A stretch of DNA of 64,000 nt from Poseidonia sp. (GTDB lineage: Archaea > Thermoplasmatota > Poseidoniia > Poseidoniales > Poseidoniaceae): NCBI GenBank assembly GCA_049412325.1, contig JBMSEL010000007.1, positions 4,626-68,625 of the forward strand, read 5' to 3'. Both the position numbers and the translations under genes were made by a program. Positions 39,286 through 48,628 of this stretch are shown piece by piece (position 1 is the first letter of the stretch; each line of letters opens with the position of its first letter). The notes below the pieces were generated by a model that saw nothing but the letters and a program-made list of their open reading frames with translations, was not told the origin of the DNA and made no database searches.

Positions 39286-40479
39286 ATGTTCACAGGCACC
39301 GTAGAAGCGAAAAGCCACGAAGGTGGCCTACTGGTGCACTTTGACGGTTCATCGCCAGCCTTGAACGCCATCATGGTCCGAGCCGACGACGGCGCCTACA
39401 TCGGCAAAGTGGACGGAGTCATCGGTAGCACCGACCGACCGCTCGCTCACGTAGCCCACATCGACCGCTCGCTCGACATGGACAGCTTGATTGGAATCTC
39501 GGTCTCCGTTCGCGCCAAGAAAAAGCCGACTGAGCAGCGTCAGGACCGCCGGCAAGGCGAGCGAAGAGAAGGGAACACGCGCCACTGGGACCGACGAGGT
39601 GACGACCGTCGCCAAGATGGACGAAACAACCGTGGGTACCGAAATGACAGAGGTGGCGACCGACGCTCCAACGACCGCCAAGGCGGCCGAGACCATCGAG
39701 GCTCCCGAGATGGAGGTCAAGACCAGCGAACCTACGACGATTGGACCTGTCCAAAATGCAACAACTCCAACTTTGCCCGCCGCACGGTCTGCAACCGATG
39801 CGAAGAGCCCCGACCCGGTGGTGGCGGCCAGCGTAACGACCGTGGCGGTGATCGACACTTCAACAACCGGCAAGGCGGACGGGATAACCGTGGATTCAGA
39901 AACGACCGTGGCGGAGATAACCGTGGATTCAGAAACGACCGTGGCGGGGATAACCGTGGATTCAGAAACGACCGTGGGCGTCGAGACCAGGGCCGACCCC
40001 AACGGAACACCTTCAACGATAACGATTGGACCTGTCCGCAATGTAACAACTCCAACTTCTCGTTCCGAAACGCCTGCAACCGATGCGAGGCACCTCGACC
40101 AGGTGGCGGCGGTGGCGGTGGTCAACGAGGCGGAGGCCGCCCTTCCTATGGTGGCCAACGCAACGACCGGCGTCAAAGTGGCGGGTACCGAAACGATCGT
40201 GGTGACCGAGGTGGAGACCGACGCTCATCTTACGGCGGACAGCGCAACGAAGGGGGCCGAGGCTTCCGGGACGGTGGGCGACGAGACGGTGGCGGCCGCG
40301 GACAAGGTCGCTGGCAAGGCGGCCGTGACGACCGCCCACGTGGTGGAGGTGGCCCTCAACGTCGTGGCCCCTCTGATGGAAGCTTTCGAAGAGCCAAAGG
40401 CAAGCGCTCCGGCCATGCCCATAACCGTCCACCTCAAGATTTCAGAGCGCCCCGTTCATTTGAACGAAAAGAAGACTGA
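39286..40479 (+). CDS. Gar1/Naf1-domain protein with two RanBP2-type zinc fingers and RGG repeats
   Basis: N-terminal 75 aa with the Gar1 pattern (IGKVDGVIGSTDRPLAHV); two WTCPxCNNSNFxxRxxCNRC fingers; RGG/DRGG low complexity. Confidence 0.8.
   Translation: MFTGTVEAKSHEGGLLVHFDGSSPALNAIMVRADDGAYIGKVDGVIGSTDRPLAHVAHIDRSLDMDSLIGISVSVRAKKKPTEQRQDRRQGERREGNTRHWDRRGDDRRQDGRNNRGYRNDRGGDRRSNDRQGGRDHRGSRDGGQDQRTYDDWTCPKCNNSNFARRTVCNRCEEPRPGGGGQRNDRGGDRHFNNRQGGRDNRGFRNDRGGDNRGFRNDRGGDNRGFRNDRGRRDQGRPQRNTFNDNDWTCPQCNNSNFSFRNACNRCEAPRPGGGGGGGQRGGGRPSYGGQRNDRRQSGGYRNDRGDRGGDRRSSYGGQRNEGGRGFRDGGRRDGGGRGQGRWQGGRDDRPRGGGGPQRRGPSDGSFRRAKGKRSGHAHNRPPQDFRAPRSFERKED
39883..39977 (+). repeat. 33-bp tandem repeat, about 2.9 copies (encodes DNRGFRNDRGG)
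   Basis: GATAACCGTGGATTCAGAAACGACCGTGGCGG(A/G) units start at 39883, 39916 and 39949. Confidence 0.95.
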
Positions 40480-40493
40480 ATGGACGTGAGACC

Positions 40494-41534
40494 ATGAGCG
40501 CCGAATCGCATTACCTCAATGCGTTGGAAGCCCTCGACGAAGGCGACCGGGACCTTGCCAAAACCGAGGCAAAAAAGGCAGTTACACTTGACCCTGACCA
40601 CCTTGAAGCGTGGTCGGTCTATGTCGAGGCGTGCCTTCCACCAGCCCCTACGCCACCGACGATGGTCCAAGCTGCCCAAGCGCTTTCTGCGGTGAAGAAG
40701 ATCGTCGCCGCTGACCCAAGTCGAATGGACATGTGGGTTCGTGGTGGACGTTTGATGGCCGACGACTTGGGTATGCTCCACGATGCCCTTCACTGGTGGC
40801 AATCCTGCCGAGACGTCGCCCCTGACGAAGTCACCCCCGTTGTTGAGATGGCGTCCATTTTGGCCGATATGGGTGAATACAGTCTCGCTCAGGAACGTCT
40901 TCAATCCATTTTGGACGATAACATGGACGTGGGGATGACGCAATTCAGGAAAATCAACAGCCTGCTCCAACTGGTGCGTGCGGCTGCCACGCAACAGCCA
41001 CAGGACATCTTCAAGCCCTACGAGCGTCATCACGACGGTTGGATTGCTATTCGCAACAAGATGGTCAAGCCACCAATGTCGCAGAACTTCATCTTCCTCA
41101 TCACGGCGTTGCCAATTTTGCTCATTCTCTTGATTCTCCTTCAGGGAATGCGCCCCGAGAGTTTCAACATCGTCACCCTGTGTTTCAACACCCTCGCCAT
41201 CCTCATCGTGATTCTGGTGTGCGCCCGTAACGCCAAACGCTGGTTCCAAATCATCAATCGGCCAGCGTTTAACTTGCTCCGAGCCATGAATTTTGAGGCT
41301 GCTACCGGATACACCGTCATGGACGAGGAGATCCGCACCTCCGTGCTCTACATGTACATCATGCAGCGAAAACCACTTTCGTGGCAAGAACGCATGCTCA
41401 AAATCATTGACAAGGGCAAGCCACTGCCCAACAACTGGCGGATGCGTCTTCCTGATTTCGACTCACACATGGATGCAGAGGGGCACATTCCCATCGAGGA
41501 AGGACCCCTGCTCGAAGCCTACGAAGAAGAGTGA
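40494..41534 (+). CDS. TPR-containing membrane protein
   Basis: N-terminal TPR-like helices (ALDEGDRDLAKTEAKKAVTLDPDHLEAW) and two TM helices; 14 bp after the Gar1 fusion gene. Confidence 0.75.
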   Translation: MSAESHYLNALEALDEGDRDLAKTEAKKAVTLDPDHLEAWSVYVEACLPPAPTPPTMVQAAQALSAVKKIVAADPSRMDMWVRGGRLMADDLGMLHDALHWWQSCRDVAPDEVTPVVEMASILADMGEYSLAQERLQSILDDNMDVGMTQFRKINSLLQLVRAAATQQPQDIFKPYERHHDGWIAIRNKMVKPPMSQNFIFLITALPILLILLILLQGMRPESFNIVTLCFNTLAILIVILVCARNAKRWFQIINRPAFNLLRAMNFEAATGYTVMDEEIRTSVLYMYIMQRKPLSWQERMLKIIDKGKPLPNNWRMRLPDFDSHMDAEGHIPIEEGPLLEAYEEE

Positions 41535-41690
41535 TCCTGCTCCCGGCATGCTGTTCACGCCAGGGTTGCGTCGGTGAATGAGGCGCATTGTTTCCACCAA
41601 AATTCACAACGAGGTTCGAACCACGTCAACAACCCCGCCTGCAATCATCATCACCATGGGCAGGACAACGGCGACCGTTCACCATCCGGT

Positions 41691-41885
41691 TCAGCGCCGA
41701 ACCGTAGCGTGCAGTGGGTGGTCCGGCAGCGCTGGGCCTTGCTCCCACACGTCGTGGTTCAAGGCAAATCCAAGCAGGCCGATCAGCAAACCAAGACCCA
41801 TGACGGGCCCAAGCGGAATCCCAACAATTCCCATCCATTTCCCGAGGCGAGCCTGACGGCCCAGCCGCTCAAGGTCTTCGGACAC
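41691..41885 (-). CDS. Small membrane protein (possibly truncated)
   Basis: GTG-start 64-aa ORF with one Gly-rich hydrophobic segment, downstream of the giant surface-protein gene. Confidence 0.35.
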   Translation of the reverse strand: MSEDLERLGRQARLGKWMGIVGIPLGPVMGLGLLIGLLGFALNHDVWEQGPALPDHPLHATVRR

Positions 41886-41911
41886 GGGAGGAATTCCCCG
41901 CCCTCAAAGCC

Positions 41912-44900
41912 TCACTGTTGCGATTGAGCGTACTGGACAGCGTACTGCTGTGCATATGCTGCGGCCGTCGCTGCATCGTAGCCTTGAGCCACGAACTGCT
42001 GGTAGTACTGTTCGTACACCGCTTGGTCGAAGCCTGCTGCGGGTTGTGCTGCTGGCTGCGCTGCTGCGGGCTGAGCTGCTGCTGCGGGCTGAGCCGCTGC
42101 ACCGCCAACGTACTGCGCTGCAAAGGCCCTCGCTGTTTCCTCAGGGTAGCCCTGAGCGATGAGTTGTTGCACGTACTGCTCGGTCGGGTCAAGCGCATCA
42201 GCGCCAAATGCCCCTTCCATACCGCCGAAGGCATCGTCCTTGTCCGAACCCTTGCGCATGAACATCAGCGAACCACCGATGATCAAGAGCAACACGATGC
42301 CGCCAATGAGGAGCACCATGGGGTCAAGACCACCAGAAGCATCGTCGCCATCGGTGGTGGTTTGGGTGTTGTCGGTCCACTCACCGGTGAGCGGGTCGTA
42401 GGACCAAGCACCTTCCCATTGACAGTCGCCGTTCGCGTCGAGCACAAACTCGCCACCGGCATCGATGGCTCGCTGATCTGCCTCAAGGCCCTGACAGGCA
42501 GGGAGTTTGAGTTCAATCGATTTGGTCGTGACCCAACGCTCGTTAGGGTAGGTGCCCTCGTAATACTTGAGGAAGACCGTACGAGTGACGGGCTCGTTCG
42601 TGTAGAAGCTGCTCATATCGAGCGTCAACTCGAAGTTCTCACCGTCGCTGAGGTTGTCGCTCTTGGCCCAGAGGTCCTGTTGGCCCAACTGGTACTTGAT
42701 GGCCGCAGATGCACTGAGGTTGTCCAAGAAGAACGCCGCTTCGACGTAGACTTCACCGGTCTCCGAGCCCGAGAGGACCTTGCCGGTGAGGGTGATGGTG
42801 TCGTCGACGAATTGGGTGCCGTCCAAGTTAGCGTTGTCCCACTGCACGTCGGGCTCCTCATCGCCGAAGCCATCGGGCACGACGACGAAGTACATGCGGT
42901 GCTTCTCAGAGAACTTGCCTGCACTGTCGTAAACGACCAGTTCAATTCGAATCTGGTTCTCTGTCGTAGCGGTTGAATCAACGGTCACGTTCTTGAATTT
43001 GTACGACCATTGGCCACCGCTTGCTGCGGTTTGGGTGAACGTGTGGCCGTCCAAGTCGAACGAATCGTCGCCGTAGGGTGCGTCAAAGAGAACCTTCCAT
43101 TCGTAGGTCTCAATGCCGTTGCCGTCAAGGGCGTCCATATCCATGGATTCGCTGGCATCGAAGTGGATGATCAGTTCGGCGTCGTCGCCTTCACCTTGCA
43201 GAATGAGACGGTGAACGTCCCATTCCACATTGGAGACCGTCTTGGTGCCCATGAACTCAACGTTGTCTTCGTAGTCCGTTCGCATGTCGATCACAGCGTC
43301 GGCCTCGGGTCGGAATTCATCAGCGTAGACATCGTTGGTCTCGACCACGACGTCGATGGTTCGGGCGTGGCCGTTGTCGTCGTGGAGCATCAGCGTGATG
43401 TGCCATTGCTCGCCCTGAGCGCAGCCGGTTTGCGACGCAAGGTCAGCCTTACAGAAGGACATCACGGGAGACATCTCGGTGGAGTGCCCGGTGACACCGG
43501 CAGCAAGGGTGCTGCCGTCCCAGTTGGTGGGGCCGTCGATGATCCAGTCGGCTTCCAAGGTCTCGGTGGTCGAGGTCGTGAAGCCGAAGGTCAAGGTGGC
43601 GTCGCTCTTCATGTAGCGGAGCGCATACTTGCCGGTGCTGGGGTCGATACCGGGGACTTCACCGTTGATGGTCAAGTCCAGGCCGTTGCCGAGCGTGCCA
43701 AAGCCGTCGGGGTACGGGTTGACTTGGTACTGCAGGAGGTTGCCCATGAGCGGGAAGGTGGAGCTGTCGGCTCGCTCAGAGTGTGTGGCAATGTCAATGG
43801 TCGAGATGATCATCCCGCCAGAGAAGTAGCTGCAGACACCCAGAACGGTGTCCTGAATGTCCTCGGTTGAGCGAATAAGGCGCTGGAAGTAGCCGCCATC
43901 TTCCATGTAGCCGTTGCAGGTCTCAGGCACGTTGTTGGTGCTGACCGACTTGGTGTTCAACACAGCTTGGGCTACACCGGAGTTGGCGTCAAAGCCCTGG
44001 AAAGCGTTCACGTCAATGTTGTCCATGACCGGGTGGTAGGGGTCAGCGAGATCCATGGTAGCGTAGGTGACCTGGGTGCTGGCCGTGTCTCGACTCTGGA
44101 TGTCGAGGCCGAACGGCAGGCGACCGGCCAATCCCTGATCGAGACCGTAGATTTGGCTGCCGAGCGGGCCAAGATGGGCCTGCACGGTACCGCCGGCGGA
44201 CATGAAGTTCTCAAGCACCGTTCGGCGAGCAGGCTCACCAAGGTACTGATAGTAGCCATCACCGCCAAATTGCGTGTCCTTCGCCACCAACACATCCTGC
44301 CATGGCAGCACAATCTTGTCGTAGTGGGTGAACCAACCGGCATCGAAGTATGTACTCCAGTCGTTGATCTCGTACTGGGTGTAGGACATACCGAGGATGG
44401 CCAAATCTTGCTTGATGGCCGTGGTGCGTGATGAGGTGTCCGAAAGGATGGCGACGTCAACATGGTCGGCAAAGGTGGCGTGGAAGTAACGCTCGTTACC
44501 AGTTTCGCTGCCATCTGCCAAGCGTCCATAGAAGCTGATGTTGTAGGTCTTGCCATCCATCCATCCGTTCCAGGGTGTGAACGAGACCGTGGTCTTCTGT
44601 TGACTCTGGAGGGTGACAGCCGGTCCAGAGTCCACGATGTGGGCTTGGCTACCGTCAGCCATGTCAGTGACTTCCATGTAAAACACATAATCACCGGCAA
44701 GCACACCGTTGGTGGCTTGGATGTCCCAAGAGTGCGTCAAGGCACTGTCGATGGGCAGGACACACGCCAGGCTCTGGTCGTCGTGGCAAGCGAGGATATT
44801 GGGCTTGCCAATGGAGATGTCAACCGATTCGACGTTGAAGATGACACGCTCGATGTTGTTGGCTTCAGACAGTTCGTTGTCGTTATACCATGACTTACCA

Positions 44901-47900
44901 ATCGTGGTGTTGTCAAAGACGGTCTTGACATCCAAGCGATACACGCCCGAAAAGAACTCGTGGCTGGCGATGACGTTCGTAGCAGCATCTTCAGCGTCCA
45001 CATTGGTCCGAGAATCGGTGTAGACTGCATCTTGGACGAAGGTGTACTCTTGCAGGGAGATGTTGTTGAATCCAATGCCCTTGAAGCCATCGTTGATGCC
45101 GTTGCGGCCGTCATCGTCCGACTGGAAGTCAAAGTGGACGTCCACCATGGAACCCTGGAGCGACATGCACTCGGTTCGCCACTGGCTGGAGTCTGGGGAA
45201 GACCGGTTTTGGATGTACAAGTGAGTCAAGTCAATGCTCGTGGTCTTGACAAGTTCATCGGAGTTGAAGAACACGTTGTAGTTGCCGCTGCCATCGGTGT
45301 TCGCCGGGTCGCCGATGAAGGACAACTCGGTTTGGTCGATGGATTCGGTTGCGTTGACGATCCCGTTGCCATCGTCGTCGTTCTGACAGGTACCGTCTTC
45401 GTTGTAGTCATTCCATTGAGCGAAGACCAAACCGGTGTAATTGGCGCCGTCTTTGTCGTAGTCAACCGACATGGTGGCGTAGTCACTAGGATCGACATTG
45501 CCGTTCTGGTCGATGGTGTAGAACGTGTCAGCATAGTATTCGAAGTTGAGTGAAACGAAGTCGCCGCTCATGCTCGTCAGGTCGATGTTGGGGATGGTCA
45601 GGGTTTCGTTGGCCCAAGCATCGTCGTAGCCGAGGGTACCGGTATCACAGGGGTGGCCGAACCAGTAGGCGTTGTTGTTGAAGATCTTGGTCGAACACGA
45701 GTTTTCGTTGTAAATGGCACCCTTCGGTTGCTGGTTCTCTTCGTAGCGGTAGCCTTGACTTCCGCCCTCAAAGGTTTCCTCACAGACCGCTGAAGGTGTA
45801 CCGCAGTACACGTCCGATGGCGTAGCGGAATAGACCGTTGCCTCGATACCAAAGTCCACCGGGGTGTTACCGTAGTTGTTGGTGGTCACCGAGATGTCAA
45901 ACGTACCTTCAGCATAAAGGCCACCAGGATTGAAGAAGTCGATGGACTCCACGGTGGGGTCGTACAAATTGAACGGTGTGACATAACCGATGACGTCATC
46001 GTTGATGTCCTGTTCATCCCAAGCGTTGTTGGAAATGGTCGCCGAGATTCGATAGGTGGTATCGTTGAGCAGGTTAGCCTGAATGGACGTGGTGTACTCT
46101 TGGCCGGGCTCGAGGTTGCTGAGCGGCCCGATGGTGGTGGATTGCGTTTGCGGGTTGGGCAAGAAGGCGGTGTTTTGCTTCCAGATGGTCAGGTTGTCAA
46201 CGGCATAGCCATCACGGCCACTCCATTGGGATTCGTTGTCGTTTGCCGTTGAACCTTCGAAACCGGTGCGGAAACGGAAGCGGATGTCAACGGTTTCGCC
46301 AGCCCAGAAGGACAGGTCGAAAGCCCCGAGGTCTTCCTCGGTGAAGTTGTCCCAACCGTAGTAAGTTCCAGCAGAGAAGAGACCGTAGTACACGATGTTT
46401 TCTGGGGCTGCACCCCAGGAGTTTTGCTTGAAGAGACGGTCGTTGTCAAAGCCACCCCAAATGGTAGCACCAGAAGGACAGGCGCCTTCAATGGCCGCTT
46501 GCTGTGGGCAACCGATAAGGTTCCAGCCAGTTTCCTCGCTTCCAACCTCAACGATGGCCAAGTCATCCCAAACATCCCCGACGATGAAGCCGGTTCCGTC
46601 AGAATTTCCGAGGGCCCCAAGCCCAAGGTGGCGGAAGAGTTCAACGCTCATGAAGGCACGGTCGGCGCCGGTCAAATCAACATCGTTGAGCACCATGGCG
46701 TCGTCCCAATTCTTACCAAAGCCGCTCCAAGTGTCGCCAGAGGAATTGGTCTTCATGTTCCCGGCCCACATGAAGTCGGTCGGATTGATGTAGTTCGCAG
46801 AAACGTTGGCGTCGTTGTTGCCCCCGCCAGTGGCGCCGGTCGAATGGTTCGTTTCCAAGTGCCAGTTGGTTGTACCGTCGACGTACTCCTCAAAGCTCCA
46901 TGAACAGCCAGATCCGCAACCGGTCTTGTCCTCAGCTGAGTCCCAATCGTTGGCGTAAACAGTGTTGTTGGTGGAGTTGGCTTCATCAACGATCTTCAGT
47001 TCGACATCAAGGTCAGCAGTTTGACCGTTGAGGGTGTCCATGCCGGTGTTGGTGACGGTGACGTTGATCGTGCGTGTTCCTTCACCAACCAAGCCAAAGA
47101 AGCGGTCGGTCGGAGAGATATCAAGGGAGGTGACGGCCAAGTCTTTGTTGTCCATTTCAACAACCGTGAGCGTATCGTATTGACCAGCCCATCCGAAGTT
47201 GTCTCGCCAACCACCGAAGTTGTAGTTGGTGTGACCGACCACGAGGTCTGGGGCCGAGCTCGAACCACCCTGAAGTTGACCAACGGCCACGGCGGAGGGG
47301 CGGCGGCCTGCTGGGTAGGACAATGGGCTCACGTGTCCACCGTTGCCATCAGAAAGCGTGACTTGAACGGTGGTAGGGAAGTTGAGGAAGAAACTCGAGG
47401 TGACTCCACCAGCGGAGTCCGAGGTGTTTTGCTGGAAAGCGATGGTGGGGTTGATGAAATCAGGTTCGCTATCGCCGTTGAGGTCGGCCACTTGGATTGC
47501 CCACGAGATGTAGGGGCCAAAGTAGGCGAGTTGTGAATTTCCGAAGGTGCCTTGAGCAGAGGCTTGCTTGAAGCTCACATTTTCGAGGTTGCTGTCCATC
47601 ACAGCAATGGTGTCGACGTAGCCGACGCCGCCGATGTCAGCGATGGAGAAATCTTCGGTGGTGCCAACGCCCATGTTGATGACGTGGGTGTTGGCTTGGT
47701 TGGTGCCGTAGGAATAGGTGGCGGGGTAGTTCTGGAGTTGACAGTCGTACTCAATGACAGTGATGTTGTCGTCGTTGCCGGGGTTGGTGACTTGCCCGGT
47801 GGAGTAATCGAGACCTTCGCTTCGCAGAAGGAAGATGTCGTCATCGGTACAAGCGCCGGTCAGCCCGCTCTGAGATTCACCGTAATCGCCGACCTCGATG

Positions 47901-48595
47901 GACCGGTACGTGTTGGATTGCGAGGATCCCAGTGCTGTGGGAATGCCGTTGGTGGCCGAGGTGATCGGGCTGCGATAAGTCACGACCCGCTGCGTGGTGA
48001 TGTCGCTGAGAAGGTCGAGCACGTAGATGTCGTCGTTGCCGTCTTGGTCTGCGTCGCCAACGGTCATGTCCCACACCCAAAAGTGGGTAAACCGCTCGCC
48101 GATGGACCAGTCTCGGTTGCTACAACCGCCGTTCTCAATGATGGTGACGTTGCCGGGCTCAGCGGCAGGTGCGCCTTGGTCGTTGGTCTTGAACGGATTG
48201 TTCTTCTGATAGATGACGATGTCAATGGCTGAGTCGCCGGTGAATTCACCCACTTCCACCTGCTCAACGTTTGCAAACTCATCCCAGTCAGCATTGCGGC
48301 TTTGGTTGCCAGCCACCCAAATGTCCTGGCGTTCGTTGAAGTTGCCGAAGCCGTCGTTGTAGAGGATGGTCATCGAGTGCGTGCCGTCCGTAGCGACAGC
48401 CATGTCGTTGTGGCCATCACAGTCGAAGTCACCGATGGCGACATCCATGGGGTCGCGATTGGTGGTGTAGGTTCGTGCAACCGATGCACTGGCGGTGGTT
48501 GCCAGCGCGGCGGTGGTGCTGAGCACCATCAGCAGCGTGAGGAAAATACTGCGCATTCGGGCTTTAGAGAGGTCGTTTTGGGTTGACATGGACAT
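41912..48595 (-). CDS. Giant cell-surface protein (FG-GAP repeats, beta-sandwich/Ig/PKD-like domains, C-terminal TM and cytoplasmic tail)
   Basis: Signal peptide; FG-GAP-like repeats (GDFDCDGHNDMAV, GDADQDGNDDIYV, ADLNGDSEPDF); VDIRFRF...DGYAVDNL jelly-roll modules; PKD-like FDASES...YEW; TM then RK; Q/A/Y-rich tail. Confidence 0.85.
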   Translation of the reverse strand: MSMSTQNDLSKARMRSIFLTLLMVLSTTAALATTASASVARTYTTNRDPMDVAIGDFDCDGHNDMAVATDGTHSMTILYNDGFGNFNERQDIWVAGNQSRNADWDEFANVEQVEVGEFTGDSAIDIVIYQKNNPFKTNDQGAPAAEPGNVTIIENGGCSNRDWSIGERFTHFWVWDMTVGDADQDGNDDIYVLDLLSDITTQRVVTYRSPITSATNGIPTALGSSQSNTYRSIEVGDYGESQSGLTGACTDDDIFLLRSEGLDYSTGQVTNPGNDDNITVIEYDCQLQNYPATYSYGTNQANTHVINMGVGTTEDFSIADIGGVGYVDTIAVMDSNLENVSFKQASAQGTFGNSQLAYFGPYISWAIQVADLNGDSEPDFINPTIAFQQNTSDSAGGVTSSFFLNFPTTVQVTLSDGNGGHVSPLSYPAGRRPSAVAVGQLQGGSSSAPDLVVGHTNYNFGGWRDNFGWAGQYDTLTVVEMDNKDLAVTSLDISPTDRFFGLVGEGTRTINVTVTNTGMDTLNGQTADLDVELKIVDEANSTNNTVYANDWDSAEDKTGCGSGCSWSFEEYVDGTTNWHLETNHSTGATGGGNNDANVSANYINPTDFMWAGNMKTNSSGDTWSGFGKNWDDAMVLNDVDLTGADRAFMSVELFRHLGLGALGNSDGTGFIVGDVWDDLAIVEVGSEETGWNLIGCPQQAAIEGACPSGATIWGGFDNDRLFKQNSWGAAPENIVYYGLFSAGTYYGWDNFTEEDLGAFDLSFWAGETVDIRFRFRTGFEGSTANDNESQWSGRDGYAVDNLTIWKQNTAFLPNPQTQSTTIGPLSNLEPGQEYTTSIQANLLNDTTYRISATISNNAWDEQDINDDVIGYVTPFNLYDPTVESIDFFNPGGLYAEGTFDISVTTNNYGNTPVDFGIEATVYSATPSDVYCGTPSAVCEETFEGGSQGYRYEENQQPKGAIYNENSCSTKIFNNNAYWFGHPCDTGTLGYDDAWANETLTIPNIDLTSMSGDFVSLNFEYYADTFYTIDQNGNVDPSDYATMSVDYDKDGANYTGLVFAQWNDYNEDGTCQNDDDGNGIVNATESIDQTELSFIGDPANTDGSGNYNVFFNSDELVKTTSIDLTHLYIQNRSSPDSSQWRTECMSLQGSMVDVHFDFQSDDDGRNGINDGFKGIGFNNISLQEYTFVQDAVYTDSRTNVDAEDAATNVIASHEFFSGVYRLDVKTVFDNTTIGKSWYNDNELSEANNIERVIFNVESVDISIGKPNILACHDDQSLACVLPIDSALTHSWDIQATNGVLAGDYVFYMEVTDMADGSQAHIVDSGPAVTLQSQQKTTVSFTPWNGWMDGKTYNISFYGRLADGSETGNERYFHATFADHVDVAILSDTSSRTTAIKQDLAILGMSYTQYEINDWSTYFDAGWFTHYDKIVLPWQDVLVAKDTQFGGDGYYQYLGEPARRTVLENFMSAGGTVQAHLGPLGSQIYGLDQGLAGRLPFGLDIQSRDTASTQVTYATMDLADPYHPVMDNIDVNAFQGFDANSGVAQAVLNTKSVSTNNVPETCNGYMEDGGYFQRLIRSTEDIQDTVLGVCSYFSGGMIISTIDIATHSERADSSTFPLMGNLLQYQVNPYPDGFGTLGNGLDLTINGEVPGIDPSTGKYALRYMKSDATLTFGFTTSTTETLEADWIIDGPTNWDGSTLAAGVTGHSTEMSPVMSFCKADLASQTGCAQGEQWHITLMLHDDNGHARTIDVVVETNDVYADEFRPEADAVIDMRTDYEDNVEFMGTKTVSNVEWDVHRLILQGEGDDAELIIHFDASESMDMDALDGNGIETYEWKVLFDAPYGDDSFDLDGHTFTQTAASGGQWSYKFKNVTVDSTATTENQIRIELVVYDSAGKFSEKHRMYFVVVPDGFGDEEPDVQWDNANLDGTQFVDDTITLTGKVLSGSETGEVYVEAAFFLDNLSASAAIKYQLGQQDLWAKSDNLSDGENFELTLDMSSFYTNEPVTRTVFLKYYEGTYPNERWVTTKSIELKLPACQGLEADQRAIDAGGEFVLDANGDCQWEGAWSYDPLTGEWTDNTQTTTDGDDASGGLDPMVLLIGGIVLLLIIGGSLMFMRKGSDKDDAFGGMEGAFGADALDPTEQYVQQLIAQGYPEETARAFAAQYVGGAAAQPAAAAQPAAAQPAAQPAAGFDQAVYEQYYQQFVAQGYDAATAAAYAQQYAVQYAQSQQ

Positions 48596-48622
48596 CACTT
48601 GTCCTCGCGACGGCCTGTTCGG

Positions 48623-48628
48623 ATATAA
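48623..48628 (-). promoter_or_regulatory. Putative TATA box for the giant surface-protein gene
   Basis: TTATAT on the minus strand about 28 bp upstream of ATG 48595, consistent with a near-leaderless archaeal transcript. Confidence 0.45.

Noticed and set aside
39883..39977. 33-bp repeats as a possible CRISPR array
   Set aside because: Units are directly tandem with no unique spacers, lie in frame within a CDS, and no cas genes are nearby.
39491..40489. Alternative-frame 332-aa Thr/Glu/Val-rich ORF and the antisense 275-aa ORF over the Gar1 fusion
   Set aside because: Frame-shifted by-products of the low-complexity repeats; the zinc-finger motifs identify the real frame.
41604..41693. Genome-wide UGA-to-Trp recoding
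   Set aside because: Many conserved genes here (thermosome, thrS, pyrB, sdhB, acnA) end at TGA at the expected length.
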